Assembly: GCA_016787225.1 (NCBI GenBank)
Contig: JAEUUY010000026.1
Location: 172,414-236,413 of the forward strand
Direction of reading: 5' to 3'
From: Chitinophagales bacterium
GTDB taxonomy: Bacteria; Bacteroidota; Bacteroidia; Chitinophagales; JADJOU01
Length of the DNA stretch: 64,000 nt
Below are positions 20,759-30,859 of the stretch, piece after piece. A program made the position numbers and the translations under genes. Under the pieces are notes generated by a model, which worked only from the letters and a program-made list of their open reading frames with translations, was not told where the DNA came from and ran no database searches. Within the stretch, counting starts at the first letter, position 1. Every line of letters starts with the position of its first letter.

Positions 20759-21658
20759 TTATGATTTAGGGTGAGATAATTTATGTATATGTTTTAATTT
20801 TTCAATGCTGTTATGAGTATACACTTGGGTAGAAGCCAAAGAGCTATGACCGAGCAATCCTTTGATAGCATTGAGTTCTGCTCCTTCATTAAGCAGGTGG
20901 GTAGCGAAGCTATGTCGCAGGCTATGTGGACCAATGCCTTTTTGAGCGGTTACTTCTCCCAAGTATTTTTTTATAGTTCTATATACAAAATTGGGGTATA
21001 ATTTCTTGCCATTGTCTAGTACAAATACACTTCCATTTTCAGCTATGATGTCTCGACTACAAATGGCTGATTTGTATTCGTTCAACAGTTGTATCATCTG
21101 TTTACTTAATGGCACTAAGCGTTGCTTTTTGCCTTTGCCTAATACTGAAATCTCTTTTTTATGAAAATCAATATGGTCCCATTGCATTTCTATGAGTTCG
21201 CTTCGTCGGATACCACATTGATAAAAGGTCATGAACATGGCATAGTCTCTGTGAGATTCAAAACTTTCATCTGCTTTATTGATTTCTAATTTGTCTTTGA
21301 CATCAACTAATTTATGTTCAGCGATATCCTTTGGCAATCGCTTAGGTGCTTTGGGTCTAATAATTTTAGAAGTAGGATTCAGCGCTACCGTCCCATTTTT
21401 CAATTGAAATTTATAAAATGATTTGAGGCAAGATATTTTGCGATTTACTGTGGTAGCTGCATCTTGCTTTTCTATAAGTGATATCGTCCATGAACGAATC
21501 ATACTCGCATTGACAGTCAATAAATCCGTATGCTGAAAGTTTGCTTCTATAAAGGAATAAAACTGATTTAAGTCTTGTTCATAAGCAAGAAGTGTATTCG
21601 ATGACAGTCTTTTTTCATACTGTATATAGTTCAAAAATCGCTTTCTCACATCATCCAT
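20759..21658 (-). CDS. Tyrosine site-specific recombinase, XerC/XerD family (housekeeping; xer next to hpf is typical Bacteroidetes synteny)
   Basis: C-terminal HSLRHSFATHLLNEGAELNAIKGLLGHSSLASTQVYTH (R-H-R-Y catalytic box). Confidence 0.85.
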   Translation of the reverse strand: MDDVRKRFLNYIQYEKRLSSNTLLAYEQDLNQFYSFIEANFQHTDLLTVNASMIRSWTISLIEKQDAATTVNRKISCLKSFYKFQLKNGTVALNPTSKIIRPKAPKRLPKDIAEHKLVDVKDKLEINKADESFESHRDYAMFMTFYQCGIRRSELIEMQWDHIDFHKKEISVLGKGKKQRLVPLSKQMIQLLNEYKSAICSRDIIAENGSVFVLDNGKKLYPNFVYRTIKKYLGEVTAQKGIGPHSLRHSFATHLLNEGAELNAIKGLLGHSSLASTQVYTHNSIEKLKHIHKLSHPKS

Positions 21659-21703
21659 CGGAGAACTATTTGTCTAAGGTCGGTAATTAATACAACAGAT
21701 TTT

Positions 21704-23356
21704 CTAGAATAAAATTTCCATGTTTTTAGAATTTTTATTACCTACCTGATCCGTAACTTCAAGTAAAGCCTTGAATTTCTTTCCTTTATCAGCTGGAATT
21801 ATGTTGTAAATTAATTGATTATTTTTTTCATCATAATAAAGTCTTCGCCACATACCTTCTACATACAGTTGATAGTCAGCGATTCCAGATTCAACGTCTT
21901 TTACCGTAAAAATCACTTTATTGGGTTTGCGTATCAGATCAGGACTAATCACAGGATTTTTTTTATCATATTTTATAGTCATGAGACCGTAATTTTTCAA
22001 CTTTGGAAAGGTTAAGACATTCGACTCTACAATACCTTGATAGGTTTTTAATTTATTATCAACCCTAGACTCAAGATATAACTTGGTATAATCGGCCATA
22101 TCTTTAGGTATAAAATAGGATAGCTGATATGGCTTAAGTGCTGCTACCGATGAGTCTAGTATATTTAGTTTAAACACTTCATTCGGATTCAATTTTTGTA
22201 TAGTATAGTTCAAGTTATAATTTTCAGCCAATCCTTTTGCAGGTATTATCAACTGAAAGCTATTGCCATCTGTCAGTACTTGCTCTTGAAGGCAATTTAT
22301 TTGTGAAGACTTATCTGTAACCAAATCCGCAGTGGTAGTAAGATTAAATTCTGTCGAATTTGAATTGCCTTTAAAATCATATACTTCAAGTCTTATCAGT
22401 TTGTTTTCACCCTTGTTTATAGAAATGATGCCATTCATGGAGCCACTATCCGAAAGGTTAAAGCTACAATTTTCGAAGAAACCTTTATATACATCATTCA
22501 TCTCTAAGCCATAATCGCTGGCCGCCTTGATATGACTTTGCCACCTAAAATCAAGGCTATCTAACTTAAATTGATATTTTAGTATATTATCTTCAAAAAC
22601 TCTCAATGCATAAAGACCAAATACATTAGGAGTGCTATTCATTTTATCTCGAGCAGATACAGCTATCCCAATGCTACCAGAATTAAATTCTAAGGTCTGC
22701 TTTTGTACCTCATCTTTAGAAAAACTTTGAATAAAAACAGATTCCCCTTCGCAATGATAGAACAAGACTTTATCTAAAATTGGTGCTATGGTATCTTCTA
22801 TCTGAGGATAATACCTGAGAGGATTCAAGGTTTTTTCGGTCAGCAAATTTCTGATTTCAAAGTGCAAATGCGGAGCTTCAGAACTACCCGTGTTGCCTGA
22901 AAATGCTATATGTTCTCCTTTTTGTACATAGAATAGTGGTCGTGGAAAAATAGTATCTATCACATTCACTTTCTTTGAATTTTGGGTTTGACTCATCCAC
23001 CATTCGAGGTCAGGTCTAAATGCATTGAGGTGAGCGTAGACTGTCGTGAGTCCAATTTGAGGGTGATGAATATATAGCGCCTTCCCATATCCATTGGGAG
23101 ATATGACCATACGAGAAATATAGCCATCTTCAACGGCAAGTATGCGAATGTTTTCCAGATTGTCAGTACGAAAATCAAGTCCCATATGAAAATGATTCTT
23201 TCTTAACTCTGCATAGTTTCCAGACAGGGATATTTTAGGATAATCTATGGGAATAGCCAGAAATTGAGCATTGATAATGAATTGCAACTGACAAATGATA
23301 AAGACAAGAATGTATTTGTTCTTCATTCTGAATTCTGTTTCTACAAATTTAAACAA
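21704..23356 (-). CDS. M23 family metallopeptidase with a large C-terminal beta-rich extension
   Basis: HFHMGLDFRTD and GNTGSSEAPHLHFEIR (HxxxD / HxH LytM motifs); signal peptide. Confidence 0.8.
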   Translation of the reverse strand: MFKFVETEFRMKNKYILVFIICQLQFIINAQFLAIPIDYPKISLSGNYAELRKNHFHMGLDFRTDNLENIRILAVEDGYISRMVISPNGYGKALYIHHPQIGLTTVYAHLNAFRPDLEWWMSQTQNSKKVNVIDTIFPRPLFYVQKGEHIAFSGNTGSSEAPHLHFEIRNLLTEKTLNPLRYYPQIEDTIAPILDKVLFYHCEGESVFIQSFSKDEVQKQTLEFNSGSIGIAVSARDKMNSTPNVFGLYALRVFEDNILKYQFKLDSLDFRWQSHIKAASDYGLEMNDVYKGFFENCSFNLSDSGSMNGIISINKGENKLIRLEVYDFKGNSNSTEFNLTTTADLVTDKSSQINCLQEQVLTDGNSFQLIIPAKGLAENYNLNYTIQKLNPNEVFKLNILDSSVAALKPYQLSYFIPKDMADYTKLYLESRVDNKLKTYQGIVESNVLTFPKLKNYGLMTIKYDKKNPVISPDLIRKPNKVIFTVKDVESGIADYQLYVEGMWRRLYYDEKNNQLIYNIIPADKGKKFKALLEVTDQVGNKNSKNMEILF

Positions 23357-23405
23357 ACTAGATTAAATTTGGACTTTGAATTACTTAGTATAAAGAATCT
23401 ATCGT

Positions 23406-24194
23406 TTGAAGGAAATTAGCAGTACACAAAACCAATTGGTAAAGACAATAGTTGAATTAAAGTATAAAGCTGCTAAACGAAAGGAGCAAGGGTTGTGTGT
23501 TATTGAGGGACAAAAAGAGCTGGAGATAGCAGTAGCTTCTGGACTAGTGATTGAAAAATTGCTCTTAGAGAAAAATATTGAACTCAGGAACCCCGCCCTC
23601 AGAAATGCGGCTAAAGAGGTATTTGAATGTTCTACTGAGGTCATGGAAAAGATAGCCATTCGAGATACCAAGACCTCTATAATAGCTGTAGCCAAAACCA
23701 AATATCTAACACTAGCAGATGTAAAATTGAGCGCTATTCCTTTTGTGCTTATTCTAGAAAATATAGAAAAGCCAGGGAATCTGGGATCGCTCTTTCGGAC
23801 TGCAGACGCTGCCAATGTAGATCTCATACTATGTACTGATATGCAAACGGATATATATAATCACAATGTGGTACGAAATAGTCTGGGATGCGTTTTTTCC
23901 AAACAAATTGTGAGCTGCACCAATCAAGAAGCCCTTGATTTCTGCAAACAACTTGCCATTCATATTTTCCCTACCTATTTACATACAGATGATTATTACT
24001 ATCAATGTGATTTCACAACGCCTACTGCTATTGTATTTGGCACGGAGAGTACAGGCATTTCCGACTTTTGGCTCACAAACTCAGACCGACAAATAAAAAT
24101 ACCTATGCTAGGGAAAATTGATTCGATGAATGTATCGAACAGTGCCAGTATATTATTATATGAGGTGGTGAGGCAGCGATTATCAAATTTGTAA
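23406..24194 (+). CDS. TrmH/SpoU-family RNA 2'-O-methyltransferase
   Basis: PGNLGSLFRTADAANVD, IVFGTESTGIS and MLGKIDSMNVSNSASI SPOUT motifs. Confidence 0.8.
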   Translation: MKEISSTQNQLVKTIVELKYKAAKRKEQGLCVIEGQKELEIAVASGLVIEKLLLEKNIELRNPALRNAAKEVFECSTEVMEKIAIRDTKTSIIAVAKTKYLTLADVKLSAIPFVLILENIEKPGNLGSLFRTADAANVDLILCTDMQTDIYNHNVVRNSLGCVFSKQIVSCTNQEALDFCKQLAIHIFPTYLHTDDYYYQCDFTTPTAIVFGTESTGISDFWLTNSDRQIKIPMLGKIDSMNVSNSASILLYEVVRQRLSNL

Positions 24195-24199
24195 AAACG

Positions 24200-24715
24200 A
24201 TGAATTCTCTCAAAAAAATCGGTACTATACTCAAAACAAAAGGCTTCGATGGCACAACTATCGTAGCATTTGACTTCCCGATAATCAATTCAGATTTGAA
24301 AGCCTTATTTATTTCCAAAGGCACTATGCATCAACCATTATTAATTGAAAAAGTAGAACAAACCAATGATTTTAGTTTATTGATAAAATGGAAAAATTAC
24401 AACTCCAAAGAAGAGGCTCAGCTGCTTCACAATAAAGAATTATTTCTCGACGAGAAACTCATTCCAAATTATTTTGACGAAGAAGAACTTGATGATTTCA
24501 TAGGATACGAAGTCTATAATGGGGAAGGAAAACTAGGGGAAGTCATCGATTTGTATCAAACGAATCAACAGGAAACTCTAGAGGTAAGATTAGCAAATGG
24601 GCAAAAGCTTTTAGTTCCGCTGATAGAGCTATATGTGATTACCATAGACGATGAAAAAGAAACCATTTATTGCAATTTGACCGAGGAATTTATAAAAATG
24701 TTTACTAGTAGGTGA
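24200..24715 (+). CDS. rimM: Ribosome maturation factor RimM
   Basis: KIGTILKTKGFDGTTIVAFDFP N-terminal RimM pattern, PRC-barrel-like C-terminus, located upstream of trmD. Confidence 0.75.
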   Translation: MNSLKKIGTILKTKGFDGTTIVAFDFPIINSDLKALFISKGTMHQPLLIEKVEQTNDFSLLIKWKNYNSKEEAQLLHNKELFLDEKLIPNYFDEEELDDFIGYEVYNGEGKLGEVIDLYQTNQQETLEVRLANGQKLLVPLIELYVITIDDEKETIYCNLTEEFIKMFTSR

Positions 24716-24869
24716 GTAATAGGTGATAAATATTAGAAGTGAGAAGTTAGAAGTGTTATGTAGTGATTAAGGATTAGTTGATAAAAATTTTATATTGTTT
24801 AGAAGTAAAGTAGTAACTGACAACAAATTTCTATTTAGAATTTAGAATTAAGAATTTAAAATTAAAACA

Positions 24870-25544
24870 GTGCATATAGATATTATAAGCGTTTTACCAG
24901 AATTGATGGATAGTTTTCTATCGCACTCTATACTGAAGCGTGCGCAGGACAAAGGTTTATTGACGGTGCGTGGGGTATCTCTAAGACCTTATGGAATTGG
25001 AAAATACAAACAAATCGATGACTACCAATATGGAGGTGAAGCGGGCATGGTCATGATGTGCGAGCCATTAGCGGCTTGTATCGAAGAATTGAAAAAAGAT
25101 AGAGATTATGATGAGATTATATATCTATGTCCCGATGGCAAAACTTATAATCAAAAATTAGCCAATGCTCTCTCTCTCAAAGAAAATTTATTGCTTATAT
25201 GCGGACATTATAAAGGTATAGACGAACGTATTCGAGAAAAATATGTAACTCTAGAAATCTCAATAGGGGACTATGTCCTATCTGGCGGAGAACTGGGTGC
25301 TGCAGTGCTGATTGATAGTATTGGCCGCCTCATACCAGGGGTGCTCAATGATGAAACTTCTGCACTTTCGGATAGTTTTCAAGACGGGCTTTTAGCACCT
25401 CCCGTTTACACTCGCCCTGAAGAATGGCAAGGATTGCGTGTTCCAGAAGTTCTGCTCTCAGGAAATCATAAAAAAATAGAAGAGTGGAATTATGAACAAG
25501 CACTTAAGCGAACAGAAGAACGAAGACCAGATTTATTGACCTAA
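24870..25544 (+). CDS. trmD: tRNA (guanine37-N1)-methyltransferase
   Basis: [31 protein letters not shown] ... [21 protein letters not shown]. Confidence 0.92.
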   Translation: MHIDIISVLPELMDSFLSHSILKRAQDKGLLTVRGVSLRPYGIGKYKQIDDYQYGGEAGMVMMCEPLAACIEELKKDRDYDEIIYLCPDGKTYNQKLANALSLKENLLLICGHYKGIDERIREKYVTLEISIGDYVLSGGELGAAVLIDSIGRLIPGVLNDETSALSDSFQDGLLAPPVYTRPEEWQGLRVPEVLLSGNHKKIEEWNYEQALKRTEERRPDLLT

Positions 25545-25559
25545 TATTAGAAATAAGAA

Positions 25560-27617
25560 ATGAGATTTTTAAAAAATGTTTTATTGGTGACTCTGTTATA
25601 TCCAAAAATACTAACGTGCCAATTCAATAACACGATGTCCGATGCCAAAGAAATGCTCAAGACAATAGCCAAGCTCCACGTGGATTATAAAGAAATAGAT
25701 ACACCTACTTCTGAATATATATTCCACACTATGCTGACAAGTATCGATCGCTATGGCTTATTTTTCACTTCAGAAGATATTGAAAAGCTTCAAAAATATA
25801 AACAGGTTTTAGCGGATGAAATAGAAAACGAATCCACTCATTTTTTAGACGAAGTTAAAGTCATTTATAAGCAAAGACAACTTGAAGTCAAAGATATAGT
25901 CCTTGGGATGAAAGACAAGAATTTTGAGTATGAATCAATGGATACTTTTTACTATTCTGAAAAGAATCCCTTTGTAAATAAAACTAAGATTCCGCATAAA
26001 TGGCAGAAGTGGATGAAGTTAGTAAGTCTCAATGATTATGAAGAGTCCCTCGATTCTACTAATAAGAAGTCTAGTTTAAATATGGCTAAAATGCGTTCAA
26101 TTATAGATAGCAATATCGATGAACAAATTAAAATGCAAGAACAAAGAATTGAAAGCAAAGATTTCGTTCATACCCGAATAAAGAATAGTTTTCTCTCTGC
26201 TATAGCCCGATCATTTGATCCACATACAGATTATTTCTCACCAGGAGAACGACAGGAATTTGAAGAGAGTTTGTCTGCAAATAAAAATACTTTTGGATTA
26301 GACATAGAGTTAAACAACGAAAATGAAATAGAAATTACAGCCATCACACCTGGCAGTGCAGCATGGAACTCCGATGAATTTGAGATCGGTGATATCATCG
26401 TTTCATTTAAACCTAAAGGAAAAAAGGAAATTGATTTTACCAATATTACGTTGTCCAAAGCCAATGGATATTTACATAGCAACAATGTAGAAGAAGGAAA
26501 ATTCAAATTGAAAAAAAAGAGTGGCCAAGAAGAAAATATAGATTTGGTAAAAACGCTTATCAGTAATGACGACAATCTAATTAATAGTTATATTTTGGAG
26601 TCTTCACAGAAGATGGCCTATCTAGCCCTTCCTAGTTTTTATTTCAATAGAGAAACGGGGAATGGTTGTGCAAATGATATCGCACGCGAACTTATTCAAT
26701 TAAAAAAAGAAGGTATCGAAGGACTTATTTTCGACTTGAGAGGCAATGGCGGAGGCTCTATGGATGAGGCTATCAAACTTTGCGGTATGTTTATTAACTA
26801 CGGGGCATTGTTTATATATCAATATCGAGAAGGAGACCCCGCTACAATCAAGGATATGAATAAGGGTATCGTATATGATGGACCTATGATCGTGCTTGTG
26901 GATAAAAGTAGCTGCTCAGCAGCAGAGCTCTTTGCAGCAGTTATGCAAGATTATAATCGCGCAGTTATCGTAGGGAGCAATACCTATGGAAAATCCACTA
27001 GCCAAACCATCTTACCTTTAAAAGCGAATAGTATCTCCGAGGATGCGGATTATACGAATCCTGGTAAGGGTTTTATAAAACTCACTATTGGTAAAATGTA
27101 TCGCTGTACAGGTAAGTCCTATCAAAAGGATGGCGTGAAAGTAGACGTTTCCTTACCTGATATTTTCGATCATTTAGAATTAGGAGAAATACACGAACCT
27201 CGGGCACTTCAAGCTAAAACAATAGATAAAAAAACGTATTACTTTCCTTTATCGAACTTACCAATAGAGGAGTTGAAAACAAAAAGTAAACAGAGATTAA
27301 TGGATAATAATAAATACAAAGAACTAGAAACTCATAACTCCCAACAAGCTGTCTATATTGCTAAAAAATGGATTCCCGTAGATTATAATGGATTCATTCG
27401 ATACAAGAATTTTATGGATAAAATGACCGATGTAGATACTAACAAGGATAAGCCTTTCCTAGAAGTAAAGCTACCAGAATATGTTCAAAGTCTAGGTAAG
27501 TTGCCTGAAGCTACTAAAATGCTAAGAGAAAAAAGATGTAAGAATATTAGCAGAGATATTAATTTAAATGAAGCCTATTACATTTTAAGTGACTTATATT
27601 TGCTCACAAAAAAATAA
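25560..27617 (+). CDS. S41-family C-terminal processing (tail-specific) peptidase
   Basis: IFDLRGNGGGSMDEAIKLCGMF, VLVDKSSCSAAELFAAVMQD; 685 aa. Confidence 0.85.
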   Translation: MRFLKNVLLVTLLYPKILTCQFNNTMSDAKEMLKTIAKLHVDYKEIDTPTSEYIFHTMLTSIDRYGLFFTSEDIEKLQKYKQVLADEIENESTHFLDEVKVIYKQRQLEVKDIVLGMKDKNFEYESMDTFYYSEKNPFVNKTKIPHKWQKWMKLVSLNDYEESLDSTNKKSSLNMAKMRSIIDSNIDEQIKMQEQRIESKDFVHTRIKNSFLSAIARSFDPHTDYFSPGERQEFEESLSANKNTFGLDIELNNENEIEITAITPGSAAWNSDEFEIGDIIVSFKPKGKKEIDFTNITLSKANGYLHSNNVEEGKFKLKKKSGQEENIDLVKTLISNDDNLINSYILESSQKMAYLALPSFYFNRETGNGCANDIARELIQLKKEGIEGLIFDLRGNGGGSMDEAIKLCGMFINYGALFIYQYREGDPATIKDMNKGIVYDGPMIVLVDKSSCSAAELFAAVMQDYNRAVIVGSNTYGKSTSQTILPLKANSISEDADYTNPGKGFIKLTIGKMYRCTGKSYQKDGVKVDVSLPDIFDHLELGEIHEPRALQAKTIDKKTYYFPLSNLPIEELKTKSKQRLMDNNKYKELETHNSQQAVYIAKKWIPVDYNGFIRYKNFMDKMTDVDTNKDKPFLEVKLPEYVQSLGKLPEATKMLREKRCKNISRDINLNEAYYILSDLYLLTKK

Positions 27618-28677
27618 ATTAAACGAAACCATTTTTATCATGTTAAAATTTACACGATTTACATTTATTATCTTCGCAGTGACACTTATGAATATATCTC
27701 ATGCTTTGGGTCAGGGTAGTGCCGTAGAACACATGAAAACTATTTCTGAAATACTAGAAAAATCCAAAGATGAGACCTTTTCCTACCTCAAAGCCATTAC
27801 AAAGGGACGTAGTGCTAGAAAAATAGAAAACAAAAGACAAAATCTTTTGACACAAATAAGATCAGAAATAGGTCAAATAAGGGGTTTAGGCAGTTATAAT
27901 GGGGATAATAGTCTCAAAGAAGGATGTCTCGTTTATTTAAATATACAAAAAACCATTTTAGCTGAGGATTATGAAAAAATTATTAATCTAGAAGAAATCG
28001 CTGAAAAATCCTATGATGATTTAGAGTTGTATCTCAATTTGCAGGAAAAAGTCAATGAAAAACTACAAGCTGCCTCTGATAGTTTTGATATCGTTTACAA
28101 AGAGTTTGCAGCTAAATATGAAATTACTTTAATCGATGGAGAAGTGGATAAAAAGAGTAAGAGAATTAAAAAAATGTCAGAAACCTTGGATTATTACCAC
28201 GAGGCTCTTCTCCTTCAGCTCAAATGCGCCTATCAAGAAAGAAAAATTGTAGAGGCATTAGATAAAGGAGATGTCAATGCAGCGCAACAAGGACTAAGCG
28301 TTTTAACGACTATAGCCGATGAGAATCTTGTGAAGCTTGACGCTTTACAACCCTATGAAGGTGATTTTAGCCTGATAGGAGCTACTAGAAAGTTAATTAA
28401 TTTTTTCAAGCGAGAGGCCGAAGGTGATTTTACCAAAATGCTAGATTATCATATTACAAAGGAAAATTTTGAAACTGTCAAAAAGAACTTTGATGCTAAA
28501 TCAAAAAGTGAACGCGACCAAGAAGCTATCGATGAATACAATAAAGCTGTAAATGATATGAATGCCGCAGTAAAGACATTCAACGAATTAATCAATAGAG
28601 TCAATAAAGAGCGTGCCAACCAAAATAAAGCCTGGGAAGACGTTGCGAATGAGTTTAATCAGAATCATTCGAAGTGA
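27589..28677 (+). CDS. Hypothetical all-helical secreted protein; likely start at MLKFTRFTFIIFAV near 27640
   Basis: Signal peptide then Glu/Lys-rich helical repeats; no known domain. Confidence 0.45.
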   Translation: MTYICSQKNKLNETIFIMLKFTRFTFIIFAVTLMNISHALGQGSAVEHMKTISEILEKSKDETFSYLKAITKGRSARKIENKRQNLLTQIRSEIGQIRGLGSYNGDNSLKEGCLVYLNIQKTILAEDYEKIINLEEIAEKSYDDLELYLNLQEKVNEKLQAASDSFDIVYKEFAAKYEITLIDGEVDKKSKRIKKMSETLDYYHEALLLQLKCAYQERKIVEALDKGDVNAAQQGLSVLTTIADENLVKLDALQPYEGDFSLIGATRKLINFFKREAEGDFTKMLDYHITKENFETVKKNFDAKSKSERDQEAIDEYNKAVNDMNAAVKTFNELINRVNKERANQNKAWEDVANEFNQNHSK

Positions 28678-28731
28678 TAATATATTGATTGACGAATTCA
28701 ATGATGATCTAACTCGACAATAATACGCTCT

Positions 28732-29436
28732 ATGAACTCAAAGCTTTTATTTCTAACTTTTAGTTTGACAACTTTTTTTTTCTCTGGATACTCTCAAAAA
28801 CTCCAGGCTCCTAATTATATTGAAATAGAAAAAAACTGTAACCATCCAAATTCATACTACCATTTTGATAAATTATTTAAAAAGTATCAAGATGGAGATT
28901 CTATGATGAATTTAGAAGAAAAGAGACATTTGTATTATGGTTTTCAATTCACAGATAAATATTCTCCATATGGTAGCGGTAAATTTAGCGACAGCTTAAG
29001 AAAACTTTTTGATCAGGAAGGCTTTACAGATGAGCACGCGATTCTAGCTATTCGATACTGTGATTCCATATTAGACAATAATCCCTTTGATTTCAAGACC
29101 TTAAATACTGCCATTAATCTTTATAACAAGCAAGGTAATTTTGAGAAAAAAGCTCTTACTCGAACTAAGCTAAATATTTTACTGGATGCCATTTTAAGTT
29201 CAGGAGATGGTTTGACAGATAGCACTGCTATTTATGTTATAGCTGTCCCTCATGAATATTTTATTATAAAAGTTTTAGGATTAAAACCAGGTGGCATGCA
29301 AAGACTGATTGGAAAGAATGACTACATCAAACTTGAAGAAAATAATGATAATATAGCAGGATTATATTTTGATGTTACAGCCTCATTCGGTTCTTTGTCC
29401 AGAATGTTCGGCGATAAAAAGAAAAAAAAGAAATAA
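28732..29436 (+). CDS. Hypothetical secreted protein (possibly DUF4919-like), poly-Lys C-terminal tail
   Basis: Signal peptide MNSKLLFLTFSLTTFFFSGYSQ; 234 aa. Confidence 0.45.
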   Translation: MNSKLLFLTFSLTTFFFSGYSQKLQAPNYIEIEKNCNHPNSYYHFDKLFKKYQDGDSMMNLEEKRHLYYGFQFTDKYSPYGSGKFSDSLRKLFDQEGFTDEHAILAIRYCDSILDNNPFDFKTLNTAINLYNKQGNFEKKALTRTKLNILLDAILSSGDGLTDSTAIYVIAVPHEYFIIKVLGLKPGGMQRLIGKNDYIKLEENNDNIAGLYFDVTASFGSLSRMFGDKKKKKK

Positions 29437-29463
29437 TAGAAAGATTCAATTAAATTATTACCA

Positions 29464-29658
29464 ATGAAACCAATCACAAAAAAAACAATAAAAATATCTT
29501 TAATCTCTGGACTTAGCTATGCATGCTTGAATACTGGTATAGATTATTTGAGAGAGATGGAAATTAGTTGGTCAAAATTTGTTATTTCTGGATTAGTTTT
29601 TGGATTTTTTAGTGCTATTTTAACTTGGTATAACCATAGAAAAATTGATTCTCAGTAG
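29464..29658 (+). CDS. Small two-TM membrane protein
   Basis: 64 aa, two hydrophobic segments. Confidence 0.3.
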   Translation: MKPITKKTIKISLISGLSYACLNTGIDYLREMEISWSKFVISGLVFGFFSAILTWYNHRKIDSQ

Positions 29659-29729
29659 CCATTAGTAAACCTTTAAACTTAACTTAATTAATTTTTTATA
29701 CTGTTGAATAAACGTTTTAATAATATAGA

Positions 29730-30662
29730 GTGAATTTTAGTAAAAAAACTTGGGCATTAATTCTGACAACTGCAATATTAGCTTCAGCTATTACAATTTT
29801 CCAGACTGAATATTGGGGGAGTTATGGATTTGTAACTTTTTTATTTGTTCCCTTATTGATAGGTTTAATTCCGATTTATTTTCTAGATGAAAATGAACCT
29901 ATAAGAAAAAGTCAAGTTGTTATAATTGGGCTAACTACGCTTAGTATTTTTTCTATAATACTTGTTTTAATAGGAATTGAAGGAATGATTTGTATTGCAA
30001 TGGCTGCCCCAATCGGAACGATAATTACTTTGTTTGGAAGTTTTATAGCATACATTTTACGCAAGAATAGAAAAAAAGAAAAAGGATTAACTACTACACT
30101 TATAATGCTAACAACTTTGTCATTATTTTCATATGTAGACAAAAATTCAACACTAAGTCTAAATGAGGCAAAAACATCTATAGTAGTCGAAGCTAACATA
30201 AACACAGTTTGGAATAACGTTATAACATTTCCTAAGCTATCCGAACCTAAAGAATATCTTTTCAAAGCAGGTATTTCATACCCTATTGAAGCAACAATTG
30301 CAGGAAAAGGGAAAGGGGCAATTCGATATTGCAAGTTTAACACAGGTGACTTTATAGAACCTATTACTGAGTGGAACGAACCAAATCTCTTAGCTTTTAA
30401 TGTTGATCAACAACCTTTACCTATGAAAGAACTAAGCATGTATGATATTGACGCACCTCATTTACATGATTATTTCCTATCTAAAAAAGGTCAGTTTAAA
30501 TTAACTAAACTCTCGAATAACAGAACTCTTTTAGAGGGAACAACTTGGTATACGCATAATATAAGACCAGAATTTTATTGGAAACTTTGGAGCAACTATA
30601 TTATTCACAGAATACACTTAAGAGTCCTTGAAAATATAAAAAGCAATTCCGAAAAAAACTAG
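29730..30662 (+). CDS. Hypothetical membrane-anchored protein (4 TM plus a soluble C-terminal domain)
   Basis: N-terminal TM helices; C-terminal domain of unknown fold. Confidence 0.45.
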   Translation: MNFSKKTWALILTTAILASAITIFQTEYWGSYGFVTFLFVPLLIGLIPIYFLDENEPIRKSQVVIIGLTTLSIFSIILVLIGIEGMICIAMAAPIGTIITLFGSFIAYILRKNRKKEKGLTTTLIMLTTLSLFSYVDKNSTLSLNEAKTSIVVEANINTVWNNVITFPKLSEPKEYLFKAGISYPIEATIAGKGKGAIRYCKFNTGDFIEPITEWNEPNLLAFNVDQQPLPMKELSMYDIDAPHLHDYFLSKKGQFKLTKLSNNRTLLEGTTWYTHNIRPEFYWKLWSNYIIHRIHLRVLENIKSNSEKN

Positions 30663-30684
30663 ACAAGATAGCCTGAAAAAATTT

Positions 30685-30810
30685 ATACCGTAAACGTATT
30701 AGTAATAGTCCAATGACGCATGGCTCATTGCACTAAACAAATACAGCTACGGCATTTACCATAGCAAGGTTTTAAAATGGGTTGGACCATTTTAACACCG
30801 CTATTGGTAT
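30685..30810 (+). repeat. Copy 1 of a ~126 nt dispersed repeat (MITE/sRNA-like); internal hairpin AAAATGG-GTTGG-ACCATTTT
   Basis: ~94% identical over ~126 nt to 46910..47035 by hand alignment (8 mismatches). Confidence 0.8.
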
Positions 30811-30815
30811 TACAC

Positions 30816-30850
30816 AAAAAAGCCCCACATTTCTGTGGGGCTCAAAAAAA
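30816..30850 (-). terminator. Rho-independent terminator for the flotillin gene (hairpin GCCCCACA-TTTC-TGTGGGGC followed by a T-run on the minus strand)
   Basis: Perfect 8 bp GC-rich stem at 30822-30829/30834-30841, flanked by A-runs (T-runs on the minus strand). Confidence 0.7.
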
Positions 30851-30859
30851 ATATAAAGT

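Noticed and set aside
20759-21658. Tyrosine recombinase as a possible integrase for the cassette repeats
   Set aside because: Canonical XerC/D-like sequence in the conserved xer-hpf housekeeping arrangement, 4 kb from the nearest repeat and not oriented like an integron integrase; treated as chromosomal dimer resolvase.
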